In this document: positions 1-18,500 of the stretch, piece by piece
Numbering within the stretch: position 1 is the first letter of the stretch
How the letters are laid out: each line of letters starts with the position of its first letter
Assembly (NCBI GenBank): GCA_030141605.1
Contig: JAQGDQ010001070.1
Location: forward strand, 1-64,000
DNA from: Tubiluchus corallicola
Taxonomy: Eukaryota; Animalia; Priapulida
Length of the DNA stretch: 64,000 nucleotides
Reading direction: 5' to 3'
Notes under the pieces: model-generated
What the model saw: only the letters and a program-made list of their open reading frames with translations
Databases searched by the model: none
Told to the model about the DNA's origin: nothing
Translations under genes and position numbers: made by a program

Positions 1-753
1 AGTATATCTCAAACAATTTTCCATACAAAGTCATATTACACATCAATACGTTTGAAAGACTTATGTAAATGGAAAAGAAAATTCTTAATGATTTACAATA
101 TTTGCGCCGTCTGGTAAAATGGTATTGCATCAGCACCCCAAGCGGTGAAGTAGCTAAGGGGGAGCGATCCACCCCGTTTAGAGACTTTTCAGAGGGTGAC
201 ATTTTGATCAAGTGCAATGAAAAAAGTTGTACCACGGCAAATGTTAAAAGCCGTACATCAGACATTTTATCTGCATTTTCCAAAATGGCTCCCACACAGA
301 AACAAAACAATGGGAACTTCAAGCTTATGAATGACCCTCAAGATGTAACAAAGTAGAGCCAAGGTTTAAGTTACGGACCTTAATTAATTTTAACTTATTT
401 AACTGATAAAGTAAACACATAAATTTCAGCTATGAGTTCTGACGTCATCTGTCCCTAAACACAAGAACATCTAATAGCCATTTACCCATTCCGGTACCAG
501 CCGCAATATTTTAAATCATTATGAATTTTCTTTTCCCTTTACATAAGATATTGATATTTCAAACATATTGATGTGTAATATAACTTTGTATGGAAAATTG
601 TTTAGGATATACTTTAAAATTTCCTTGTCTACTCCTTTAATATATCTTCTGCGTATAATATAGCATTCGTTGGTAATATATGATACGTTACTGTACAATA
701 ATGCATATGTGTGTAATGTATGATAACATATCATATATTTGTTTGCATTTTAG

Positions 754-6413
<5,660 letters not shown>

Positions 6414-6663
6414 ATTACAGTGATTAGACCAGCTTGTTGAAGAAAAAAGATTGACCAGAGTATTAGGGAAGGCAAGAATCATTGAAGGCACCAAGCCGCT
6501 TAACACAGTAAAATGAATGGTTGTGTATGATTCATATATTGTTTAATTGTAGAGCAGGATACGTTCATTACCTGTAAAGCTTAAACAGCTATTCTAAAAA
6601 CTTCTACAAATCTATTAATTAGATTATTATCTGTCAAACTACAGTAGATTTTTCTTCTTTACC

Positions 6664-7012
6664 TTAGTTTTCTAACTAATATTTCCACCTATAGGTGGCA
6701 GCAGCAGGTTATTAGTAAACATTCCCATGTACAGCCGGTATTAAATTTCATCTCTTTGTTTGGGACGTGAAATCCATAGCCACTAAGAATAATTATACTG
6801 CAGAAATTTAAAACATTTCGTAGCTTGTCAAAAATTTTACGAAATGTAAAGCTACGAAATGTTTTAAAATTTCTGCAGTATAATTATTCTTAGTGGCTAT
6901 GGATTTCACGTCCCAAACAAAGAGATAAAATTTAATACCGGCTGTACGTGGGAATGTTTACTAATAACCTGCTGCTGCCACCTATAGGTGGAAATATTAG
7001 TTAGAAAACTAA
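6664..7012. repeat. Long near-perfect inverted repeat (foldback)
   Basis: 6664-6826 is the reverse complement of 6849-7012 with few mismatches; 22-nt spacer. Confidence 0.97.
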
Positions 7013-7813
7013 TGATTCATTGATTTAGTCTGTCTAGTTTAATCTGGTTGGCTGGCCAACTGTCACATATTTAAACTTGCATTGCACATTCTTATCTTCA
7101 TTGCTAGACTTATCTAGTCAATCAAAAAGTGGTAAATCTGTTACTTTTTCCTTTATTGTACTGCAAAAATTCACATTACTGTAATACATCATCATATTTG
7201 ACCTGTAGTATGATTGTTGAGAACATAATATAAAGTTATTTTATTTTTTTATATTGAGATTTGTAATAGTAAAGTGGTAAATCGTTGGCCTAGACGGCTA
7301 AACCCGTAATTGTTAATGAAAATGAGATTATTTTGATCATGGCCTTATGCATAGACCAAATTATCAGTATTATGAAATGATATACATAAATTAAGATCGT
7401 AATGCATGTAATTATTACCAGATGTAGAAATTCATTTTGTATTTGGTTGAGTTATAAAAGATTATTTTTAATAAAAAAATGAAGTATGTGGTAGAAATGT
7501 CTTGAAGAATTTACATCTGTGATCATCGGCAGCTTCGCTTACAATGAAAAGATGATGTTGCAAGTTCAAATTATGTCAGTTCCGCACACAAAATCACGAA
7601 AAAGCGTTCCGTTTCTCTAAGGAAAAGTACTCATTGCACACATAGAAAAGAACCTACATGTTACATTCATAACACAAGCTTTTTATACACAAGTGCAGTA
7701 GGTCAATAAGAAAACAAAGTTAAATTGAATCGGCCGACTTGGCAATTCTCTATAATAATGACAGGTATAAATGCATTTATTGGTTAACGTCATTTCAGGC
7801 TTGAGAGCTTCCA

Positions 7814-7925
7814 TTTTTCCACCAATGATGTCATTATAAACCCCATTTTCCACCAATGATGTCATTTTAAACCCATTTTTCCACCAATGATGTCATTTTA
7901 AACCCCATTTTTCCACCAATGATGT
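7814..7925. repeat. ~30-bp tandem repeat x3.5
   Basis: CCATTTTTCCACCAATGATGTCATTTTAAA units. Confidence 0.85.
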
Positions 7926-8848
7926 AGTTCGTCAACTGAAGAAAAGCAGCGCACTGTCAATCTCCGTTAAAAGTATGATAATTATGTTTCTACGAAAAAA
8001 TTAGAGAATCGATTTTGTGACATTTTTGCATGAATATTAAGCAAGGTGGAGAAGTTTGAATTAGTTTAAGCAGTATGAGCTACAATTCGTATTAATTCTG
8101 CAAAGCTTCTGGTTTTTGTAAAGCTCGCTTGCAAAAAAACGACTTGATGTAATTCTTTAACAACTATAGTTTTAATCCCTTTTTATAGTTTATGAAAGTT
8201 TATCGTATAGGAAAGTTTACCGTTCAATTTTTTGGATACTAGCTGTTGCCGTAATCAGATACATGTACCAGACACCAAACACATACCAAAAATTGTTTAG
8301 TAACCGTTTTTAGTACTGCTTGATATGTATTGTGCAGAAATCAAAGTATGGGGGAGTACTTGTTTGTGACATTCTGCATGAAACACAGAAGCTTAAAAAT
8401 TATGTGAAATGCTGTGGTCTGATTAGCTGCTGGTTGGTGGGTGAATGATAGCTGCTGTGGGACTGTAACTTACTAGTTATAAATAATTTTGCTGAACAAA
8501 TCGGAGCGGCAGCCTTGACAATGATATTTTTTGAAAATGCATTAATTCTCACAAGAATGCAGTTATAGCTATCAGTTAAAAATGTTATGAATTGACTACA
8601 CAGTTTTTGTAAGGAACTTAATAATGCGGGAGGAATAACAGTAACAAATTAGGACAAATTTCACACTGTAAAATTTAAGCTGATATTTTATTAATTTAGC
8701 AGTTTTTGTTTGGCCTCTTGTCACAAACATAACCCATAAATAAATGTGTTCTTCATAATTTTTTGTAAATGTTCAACAATGGAACAACCATTGGGATGTC
8801 AACAACCTCAATGCAGTGGTGGAAAAAATTAATAGAGAGCGGCTTTCT

Positions 8849-9294
8849 TCACCTCACTCCCAATTGGTCCATAATCCAAGGAGCTGAAATATAAAAAAGC
8901 AAATTTATATTAGCTGCTGAAATAATTATTATGTTATTACAACTACTGCTTTCTTTGTTATAATAACATAACACACAGGTTAATTAGGTTAAAAGATCAA
9001 TGAAGTATAACTACCATGTTCAAAATTGAGTTGGGGCAATAAACAATAATATTACTCCTATCGTAATTCATGCAAAAATGCGGATTTGTCACTGAATTTT
9101 ATTGAACGGCCAAAGCGACAGTCTGCGTCGCGATAAGCACTAATAGTAGTAAAAGTAATAAACTAAAAAATACCTGCTCTTAGGATTGCCACAACTAGAA
9201 GAAACTGCGTAAAAGTATTAATTGACTGTTGTTTTGCTTGCTTTTTCTCTTCGTCAGGATCAACCTTTGGGGCACGTGGATCGATTCGCATCAT
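8849..9294 (-). CDS. TOMM5: Mitochondrial import receptor subunit TOM5, 51 aa, 2 coding exons
   Basis: Exons 9294-9174 and 8883-8849 give MMRIDPRAPKVDPDEEKKQAKQQSINTFTQFLLVVAILRAAPWIMDQLGVR*, colinear with metazoan TOM5 (M-RI---APK-DP-E...FL--VA-LR--P-I). Confidence 0.9.
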
Positions 9295-10559
9295 CTTGCA
9301 ATATATTTCAAGGCCTACGAAATCTAAAATGTATTTAAAAATGATTTTTAAGTACAGCCGGCCAGTCAAACATCAGCTAATCATATTTTATTTAATTACA
9401 AAAACATCCGATAGATGGTACTGCAAGGCGTTTGAGCGGATGAATATACGGTGCGGATTAACACATAAGCTTGTGTCAGACGTCTAGCAAAAATATTGAA
9501 ATTGAGAATACAGCTTTACTGGGTTTATTTATAACTATTCGCGCCTTCAGTTTTCATTTACGCAGTTACCAAATAATAACAACTGATAGTCGATATTACT
9601 CGCGGCAATAACTGTACTTTTCTGTGATAAGTTGTCGTTGGGGAAAGATATTTTATTAAGAACTTTAGTTTGTGCTTTAACTTTGCCTTCAACTTAATGC
9701 CAGTTACAGAAACGTAATAAGGTGTGTACTGTGTAGCTGAGAGGGAGGGAAATGCATAGGGTGCTGCTTTCTTTGACAAAAAAGCTTAGATATCCAACAC
9801 ATCTGTATGTAGCACACGTGTCTGCCTCTGATAGCTCCTCTTAAAAACAATACAACTACGTCATTGAGTATAATGAATTACGATACCGATGATAAATGCA
9901 CTATTAATTGCAAAACACCTTAAATGCTACTAATAGCTGCCAACTAACTAGAAATATTCACATAGTAATATGCTCACACTGCAATGATAATCCAAGTTCA
10001 TTTATACAATGTTTTGTTATAATAAATGAACGTTTAACTGTTTTTATAATGCACTACACATGTAGATTGTATAGTGTAACATGCCATCCATACATTTAAA
10101 CAAAAGTTATTGCAACAACTTCAAGTCAGTTGCAAATTTAAGGCAGATTAAGAAAGATAAAAAATAATAGTAACTAAGCAGTAATGTTAACTATTTATAA
10201 TTTTATTAAATCCAACATCTAGTACATGCACGTGGCAACTAGAAATGTAATACTAAACATAAGCACTTGTTAAGCTTTTTAAACTTGCTTTTTAATACGT
10301 AGAGTGGATATACTAAAACACAATTTAACTACCAGTATTCACTGTGTATGTGGATTGCAAGTGCGTGTGTCTGTGTGCGCCTGTGGTGTGTGTAATAATA
10401 TATACTAGAATACGTTATACTGAAGAAAAGTATCTGAATGTAGCAAAGCTGTTGAAATTACAACAGCATTTGTTCCAACATTGCAGTAAATGAACTTCAC
10501 GACTCTACGCAAACTATAGACATATTGTTGTTCAGTATGATCCACAGGTGAGCAACGAG

Positions 10560-11702
10560 TTAGCTCTGTAGAAGCTCTTTTCCCCAATCAATTGCCTTGA
10601 CAAACTCTTCTTCGCTAAATGCCAACAGCCTAGAACTCTCCAAAAGGAGTTTCTGTTTTTTCAGGACATTAACTAATTTCATTTGCTTTTTATAGGCAGA
10701 AATCAGCTCAGAGTTTGCCTTCTCTAATTTATTATTTTCAGCGGTCAAGCGCTCGGCTTTTTTCCTCTCTTGTTCCAAGTTCTCTTTAAATGTAGCTTTA
10801 GTTCTTTGTAGCTCAGACTTGTATTTTTCCACTTCCTCTAGAGCTCTGTTAAGTCTTACATCGGTAGCACTCAGTGAACTAGTTGCCTGCTTTTGATCTC
10901 GTTTTAGCACATCTAATTCTCTTTTCAGTACAGTTGCTTGAGCCTGCAAATGTTCCGCCTTGCCAATAGCGTCATCAGCCAATTTTCTCTGCTTTTCAAT
11001 TTGACTTTGTTGAGCAGCTTTAGTCTTAGACAATGTGGCATTTTCTTCTTTAAACTGCTTGATCTTCATTTCCAAAATTTTCCGCTGTTCGTCCTTTGCC
11101 TTGTTATCTGCAGCCATTTTTTCTAGTTCTTCCTTCATTATTCTCAACCTTGCTTTCAAGAACCATCCTATAGCCTGTTTGCTCATGTTACCGGCTCCTT
11201 CGGGCAGGATATCATCATCGTCGAGATTAAGATCCGTGTCGTCACCACCTCGTTTTTCGTATTCTTCCTGCAGCCGATTTTCTATTGCATAAACCGCTGA
11301 AGTAAATGCCGTGTCCATTCCTTTCTGTCCGCTCACAGTTCGTTTACGAGTTGCACCTTTTGCCTTCTCTTCAATAGTTATCTCTGATTTTAGTTGACTC
11401 GTTTTTTTTGGCTTTGCAGCTTCTCTGCTCGGGCCATCCTTTTTCTTGGGTAAGTCGTCAAAGAAATCTTCAGCTTTTAGATGATCAAGTCTTGAAACCG
11501 GCTTTGAGAGTAACTTGTCCTTACTTTTCAGTGCTTCTTCCGCATCTTTAACCAAAGAGGCCGTTTTTGCTTCAAGTTCGGCATTTATCTGTCTGTACTC
11601 TTCTTCTTTGTTCAGCTTGCCAGATTTCTTTTTTGTCTTCTTATGTTTTTTCCTAGGACTTTTTTTATGCTTTAGCTTTTTGCTTCCTTCCGAATCTGAC
11701 AT
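10560..11702 (-). CDS. TEX9: TEX9-like coiled-coil protein, 380 aa, single coding exon
   Basis: FLKARLRIMKEEL, SATDVRLNRALEEVEKYK, KKQMKLVNVLKKQK and LLAFSEEEFVKAIDWG match the TEX9 C-terminal half. ATG at 11702; splice acceptor TTTATAG just upstream (exon starts 11723). Confidence 0.9.
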   Translation of the reverse strand: MSDSEGSKKLKHKKSPRKKHKKTKKKSGKLNKEEEYRQINAELEAKTASLVKDAEEALKSKDKLLSKPVSRLDHLKAEDFFDDLPKKKDGPSREAAKPKKTSQLKSEITIEEKAKGATRKRTVSGQKGMDTAFTSAVYAIENRLQEEYEKRGGDDTDLNLDDDDILPEGAGNMSKQAIGWFLKARLRIMKEELEKMAADNKAKDEQRKILEMKIKQFKEENATLSKTKAAQQSQIEKQRKLADDAIGKAEHLQAQATVLKRELDVLKRDQKQATSSLSATDVRLNRALEEVEKYKSELQRTKATFKENLEQERKKAERLTAENNKLEKANSELISAYKKQMKLVNVLKKQKLLLESSRLLAFSEEEFVKAIDWGKELLQS

Positions 11703-11990
11703 CCTTAATTTCACAGCAATAGCCTATAAAACAAATATTAAGTAAACAAATTTTTGCATAAAATAGTTAGGCAGTGTCTAAAAACACACATCAGGGAAAA
11801 TTTTAGTTTACAAATAATGAGTAGTGGTAATTGCTAGAAATTTCTGATTTGTACAAGAAATGAGTTTCTCTGCTTAGCATTTTCTTTAAACAAGTGACTG
11901 TAGCCGTTTCTGCTTATAAATTTGCATTGTGTTACTGCATGGTGCTATAATTATTGATGATTGGTTATCACAGTAACACATTAATACCAA

Positions 11991-12219
11991 ACGATCAACG
12001 TCTCGATTATGCTGAATCGCTAGTCCCACTGTTCTCACGTATCAGCAATGAGACTCCTCGCATGGCCGACTCCTACAATATGATGCAGCCCTATCAGTAC
12101 TACTGTCGACAGTGGTCCACGCGTAAGTACACCTGTTTTGTAAATGTTCATATCCAGTTGTAGATAGTTTCCGCTACAGTCTTACGGTGAAAAATTCTGA
12201 TTTTGAAAGGACGTCACTG
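11991..12219 (+). pseudogene. Duplicated fragment of LAPTM4 exon 2 3' half plus donor and start of intron 2
   Basis: Near-identical to 17362-17605 except for a 15-bp deletion between ATGATGCAG repeats and scattered substitutions. Confidence 0.95.
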
Positions 12220-12805
12220 TTTACAAGTGCGAAAAACAGCCGTGCATCTAAAACAGCTTTAATTATATAACCTATATGTTAGATTATTTCAGATCATCCT
12301 TTGGCTATCTTAACAGCAAATTTAAAGAATTACGCAAATTAGTATCTCAAGAGTTACTGTGTTTTTGTAAATGTGCAGCAATAAATGCAATTAGAACTTA
12401 AAATTGCATAGCAACGAACTGAAATTATATAGCAATATGCAACGTGATACCAGACAAAATTTTCACTGTAGGGATACACAGGCTAGTGCTGTTTAAGTTG
12501 GATTTTTCATGATCGCACCGCTGACGCACAGTTATTAGAGTCGGACAACTCATATGGTGGTATAATTCACTTATAATGAAGTCTGCTATAACGAACCTCT
12601 GGTTATTATAAAGTCCCGTCAAGTCTTAAGCTTAAATAATGTATTTAACCCTTGCTTGCATTAAGCACTAAGAGATGACTGCCCGTTGATTGGACTTCTC
12701 CAGCATATAAGGAGTGTGTGTTTAAAGACAATGAGCAAAGGAGTACCGTTTACTAAGGGCAAAAAATCAGTGAGCAGTGTACCGCATGGGGATTAATTTA
12801 CTGAT

Positions 12806-13216
12806 TTGTGCATAAAACAATGATATCAACTACAGTACATGCAGACGTGCTTGTGAGTTTGCAGCTAACTGTGCTGCTGTAACTGTAACTTACAGTCAGA
12901 ATAAATTGTGCATAAAACAATGATATCAAGTACAGTACATGCAGACGTGCTTGTGAGTCTGCCATTAACTGTGCTGCTGTAACTGTAACTTACAGTCAGA
13001 ATAAATTGTGCATAAAACAATGATATCAAGTACAGTACATGCAGACGTGCTTGTGAGTCTGCCATTAACTGTGCTGCTGTAACTGTAACTTACAGTCAGA
13101 ATAAATTGTGCATAAAACAATGATATCAAGTACAGTACATGCAGACGTGCTTGTGAGTCTGCCATTAACTGTGCTGCTGTAACTGTAACTTACAGTCAGA
13201 ATAAATTGTGCATAAA
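12806..13216. repeat. 100-bp tandem repeat x4
   Basis: TTGTGCATAAA at 12806, 12906, 13006, 13106, 13206. Confidence 0.97.
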
Positions 13217-15329
13217 TTTTTGTCATTTCAGTAGAAATAACTAGAGAAATAATAGTGCATAAACCTGAAAGTTGTATAAAGAACATGCAGATATGTGCAG
13301 AGTATGGACTCTCATGTAGTACTATTTTGATAATATTAAAGAACAAGAAAAAAAATTCAAGTCGTCACTAGCAACTGATAATAGAGTGCTCTCATACCTT
13401 TCAAATTTTGACAGCTCTTTGTGTGAAAAGAACTGTGGTGCAATATCAGGCAAATAAATAAATTGTTCTGCTTTGGAAGATAAATAATTCTGCGGCTCTT
13501 CAAAGTTTAATTTTTAAGAAAAATAGAACTAATATTTTAAATTAATATAGCGATTTTACATTAAACAACACATAGGCTATACACAGTAGTTATCATACTA
13601 GGAACCATGCTGAAATGCTCATCATGATCATAAATTATATTACACCAGCACAGCTATTTAAAAAAAAATGGGTCATGTTTACCATTCACACAGATATCCA
13701 AGGTCTTGCACAACACACTCACAAACCAACACTCAGCAATGAGCAGACAACATGAACGAATCACACCAGTGGTTTAGAAATGCAACTTGTGGGACGATTT
13801 TATGTAAGAATTTATTGCGTAAAATACTGCTTTAATCGTAGAAATAACAGAATTTAGACACTGTAAGTTTACAATAATATGACAAATAGTTGCTGAACAG
13901 TGGCACTCATTAAGAAGCTTATGTAAGTTTGAAAAGTGCCCTGCCCATTCTTACATCACATCCATGTCATAATTATAAGCTTCATTTCTAACCTATGCAT
14001 ACACTCACACAATTGATATTGGCTATAACGAGACTCGGTTATAGTGACCAATTTTTCATGGTCCCTTGAAACTCATTACAAGAGGATTATGCTGTACTGA
14101 TAAGTTAATTTTTAGGGGATCTCTAGGCTGTTTAGCTTTTCTTTTGACTTTTCAAAAAAATCTCCGTGTTTGCCATCTCTTGAAGATTGTTGAACATCTT
14201 AACAATTTACAAAGAATGTATTCTAAGACAGAGAAGGCATTGTATGTACTTATAATTATTAATAAAGGAAGTGGTTGGGCTGTATGCTCCTCCATTGCAC
14301 ACGTTGCTTCAAAGGGATTTGTATCGCTTGGATTGGCAGTTCTAGAATTGGACTGATTTACACTACATCAAAATAATTGTAGAATACTAGCCACTAAGTA
14401 ATTACCATATATATGTGCAGTGTAGCTGATACTAGCTGTGAGTCTATTAATGTATTATATTAGTTATTTTACTTTAGCTAAATATTATAATTGCACCTAC
14501 TAATTTAATTAGTAAACGGCAATCATATGTTAATTTAATTATACCTGGTTGATATACCTGAAAATTAGAAATAACTATGAAGTGGCAATTAGCTTCAACG
14601 TATTACATGCAATTTAACTCTAGTCTAGACAATACTTACTACCCGTACTACTAGCAGTAGTACTACTTTAAATTAAAGTCTTGATGACATAATTATGACT
14701 TATGTTAAGATTAAATTAGATTAGATTGTTTGTTTTCATAACACGTCAATTATTTTCAGAATATAAAACATCTTAATTCATAATATTCAAAAGCAACGAA
14801 TGATTTAGGGAGAAGGAAGGAGCCAGCTTTCAAGCCCGTCACCCAAGTGTGGAGCTACACGTATCGTTGATGACATTAACACAATTTAAAGGATTATATA
14901 TAAAGGATTATACAAGACAACACAAAGCATACAAGCAATAAATTCACTTATTCATTTGAAAATACACCTTTACAGTTACTTCAGTTCAGATTAGTCAATA
15001 GTTACATTAACAGTAACTTCAGTATAGTAATAAGCTGTCACAAACATACGTTAACAGTCACTTTTGAACATTAATGTCAAACTAACCAAAGACAGACATT
15101 TACTGTGAAATCAGGAAAGTAATATCATAATAGTAATTAGTATACTAAGTAATAGCTAGGCTGTGTAATTGTTAATTAACTAAAACACGTACTTCTCGAT
15201 TTAAAATGTGAACTAAAAGCAGTAAAAATATGCCACTCGACAAAATCACACAAACATGCGGATACTATTATAATCCATTAAAACTGTTAGTTAAGGAAAA
15301 GCGTTGAACACTTTAGACTAAGTTTTGCA

Positions 15330-15460
15330 GCTTTGACGTGCATCAAACGTCTCTAGGACGCTACCGGTTGCTATAACAACAAAAATGTTCTTTTGTTTTC
15401 CCTAGAACTATTTTCTTAGTGGCTGACGTCACTGTAAACAGAACGACGAAAACCGGAACT
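15330..15460. promoter_or_regulatory. Probable bidirectional promoter for TEX9/LAPTM4 with X-box, CRE and ETS motifs
   Basis: GTTGCTATAACAAC 15367-15380 (RFX X-box), TGACGTCA 15424-15431, ACCGGAA ~15451. A minus-strand donor (GAA|GTACGT, exon end 15193) suggests a TEX9 non-coding exon 1. Confidence 0.55.
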
Positions 15461-15566
15461 ATTTCGTTAATTTGCAAAGTTTTTTTTACTATTATTTGGA
15501 ATTTTTAAGAGGGATTTACGCTGAATATATTTGTTTTTGGTGATGAGGTTAAGCACCAAAGGAACC

Positions 15567-18500
15567 ATGAGGTTCCACTTGGATAATGATAAGGCATATA
15601 GAGCCTGTTGCTGCTGCCATGTTCGCACAGGAACGATTCTGCTCGGCGTTTGGCACATGGTAACCTTGTTTATCTGCCTTTAGTTGTCAAAAGCCATTTA
15701 GTTGCGTTTGGTTATTAGTAAATAATATTGTAGGCGTCACATAGTTTTAGCACAGTGTACTTTCCTTGTTTGGTTTGGCATAATTACCATAATTTTATCC
15801 CTGTCATGGCCTACGCTCTGTAACGGAATATGAGAGAATTTAGCACTCGTTCCATTCCATATCACATTAACAGTCTTGGTCTCCCGTCAAGGTTTCTTCT
15901 TTGCAATAGCTGCAGCAATTCCGTTGTGTTACACGCATTATTCATTTAGTGATATTTCAACTAATTTTCCACTTTTTTGCAGTACACGTACTTCCGGCAG
16001 TTTTGGATGTGCTGTAACAATTAGGCATAAAAGAAAATATCATCATTTTTGGTTGTGTTCCACTTTCATGCCTCGTAGTTTTTAAGCCAGTGTTTTACAT
16101 CTGAGTCCGATTATTTGTTTCGTTAGACGAAAAGCAGTCTTTTGTTTCTAATGTAATATGTCTAGTAAAGCAAAGCAAAAATAAAATTATTAAAAAAGAA
16201 AACCTGCAAAAATTTTGGATGCATTACTAAATAAAACAGAAAATTGAAAGTTATAACTATCAGTGCAATAGTCTTCAAATTGCATCAAAGCTGTACTCCA
16301 CTAGAAGTTTTCAAGTGGAGGGTCTCTTTTTATCGTGTTCTTTATTTGTTTTAACTTAATACAGTAGTCGCCGCTTAATAGACTCAATCGCTTAATTGAC
16401 TCAAAAACGCCTGGAATGGGCCTCTTCAAATGTACATAAAAACTATCGGTAATCGACTCAAATAACTCCGCTTAATTGACTCAATATTTTTCCGTCACGC
16501 ACTTAAGTGAGACATTTGCATGTGCCTCAACAGCCTTTCCTACTTTTATGTCATATTTGCTTCCCTTTTGTGCATTATATATGTAGAAACAATCATGTTA
16601 AGTACCGTTTTGTTCGTAAACAGGTACGTTTATCGTGCGCTAATAAGCTATTGTAGTGGTTTTGCTTTGAATCTGTTACCCGCTCGCCCACTGCAATTAA
16701 CCTCGTTACCCAAAGAATTTCTGGAAGCTAAACATTTAATCACTTTCCTAGTGGTTTCCTTTTGTTTCTCTGGTTGCAAATCATCCTTTGTAAGCCAACT
16801 TCTTCACGAGAAAATGAAGCAGCCAACTTTTGCAAATAAGCAAACTTGCGTGATTTAGATAAGTATACTTTTTAATTTATTATTGATCCACTTATATAAA
16901 TTAATATTTTAAAATGTTTTTTTCTAATTTTTAACTGCACCAAGGAATTTCGGCATTCATTTCTAAAATTGATTAAAAGCCTTTGCAGCGCATAGTAAGC
17001 TGATGACTCATACTTCTATACCTGTAGTACCACGCCCATCGGTTAATAGGTTCATTCGGTTAATTGGGTCAAAACATGTCGGTCCCAAAGTAGGTCTATT
17101 AAGTGGCGACTACTGTTTTGAAGCATAATAGTCTGTTTTATTTTCACATTAAATACAATATCCAATACAAAGTTTGTGGTTTGGTTGCTGTGTTGTAAAT
17201 ACAGTTTTATAAAAATTTGATTTTGTAGAAATAGTATGATATCTAGACTTCTAATTTAAACCTTTCTTTTCAGTTTGTGCACATGTTGGTATTGTCTGTG
17301 ATCGGCGTTGTCTTGTTGCATCCAAACATCATGCAACAATATACCGAGCAACAGCTGACCGACGATCAACGTCTCGATTATGCTGAATCGCTAGTCCCGC
17401 CGTTCTCACGTATCAGCAACGAGACTCCTCGCATGGCCGACTCCTACAATATGATGCAGCATAGGATGATGCAGCCCTATCAGTACTACTTTCGTCAGTG
17501 GTCCACGCGTAAGTACACCCGTTTTGTAAATGTTTATATCCAGTTGAAGATAGGTTACGCTACAGTCTTACGGTGAAAAATTCTGATTTTGAAAGGACGT
17601 CACTGCAGTCACAGTCAGAATCATGTGCAATAGGTTTTGCTGATGGGCGAATTTTTGAAGAATTGAAATGATTTAAACAGGGTTCCCATTGACAGGAAAA
17701 GTCCTGTAAAATCTTTGAACGTGCAAACTATCATGGAAAAGTCAGGGAAAAATATAATTTGGTAAAAAGTCAGGGAAAATGATGAAAATGCAGCGAAAAG
17801 TCAGGGAAATTGAAAAGGATCGCAAAGCTAATCACTGTGAACCAATATTTTTGCAAACATATTTTTCAGTCATTCGTGTTCAAATAAAATATTGCAATGG
17901 CAGGCTCCCAGTTTCGATTTCTGTTCCAAAAATAATGATTGGCCAGCACATTATGTATCAGTATATGTATGAATGTCCTTACACAAACATATATGAATAT
18001 ATATACTGGTAGTACAATTTCTGTTTATCTTGGTCATGGAATATCAATATTTGGTCAGGGAAATTTATTTTAAATTTCTGTGGGAATTCTGTTTAAATTC
18101 TTCGTAGACATCGTGAGACGAGACAAAACGCAAAGTTACAAATTAAAGAACATGTGTTGATGCTACCTAGTTCAAAATTGTTCAGAAACTGCTGACACTG
18201 ATAGTAAAAAGTTTACAATCAGCATGTGATCATGGAGCGCTCTGTAGAGTACGAATGATTCTAGGCTTACGATCATCATGACTATAGCGTGACGTCAGTT
18301 CCGATCCTGGAATTGCGTTCTTTGATTGTAGCGAACGCTCTATTGTTTTGAAGTTTTGTAGAGTTTGAGATGCAAATGCTTTAATTTTTTTAGAAGCCTT
18401 TGTTGCTGTGTGCTTGTCTTTTGTATATATGGTCAATATGATATCAGAAAGAGATATTTGCCGTGATTGCAAGTGGTATTCAAAGTGGTATTGAAGCAGT

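Noticed and set aside
69-356. 95-aa ORF at the window start
   Set aside because: No recognisable homology and not spliceable into the AtuA frame; probably intronic or TE-derived.
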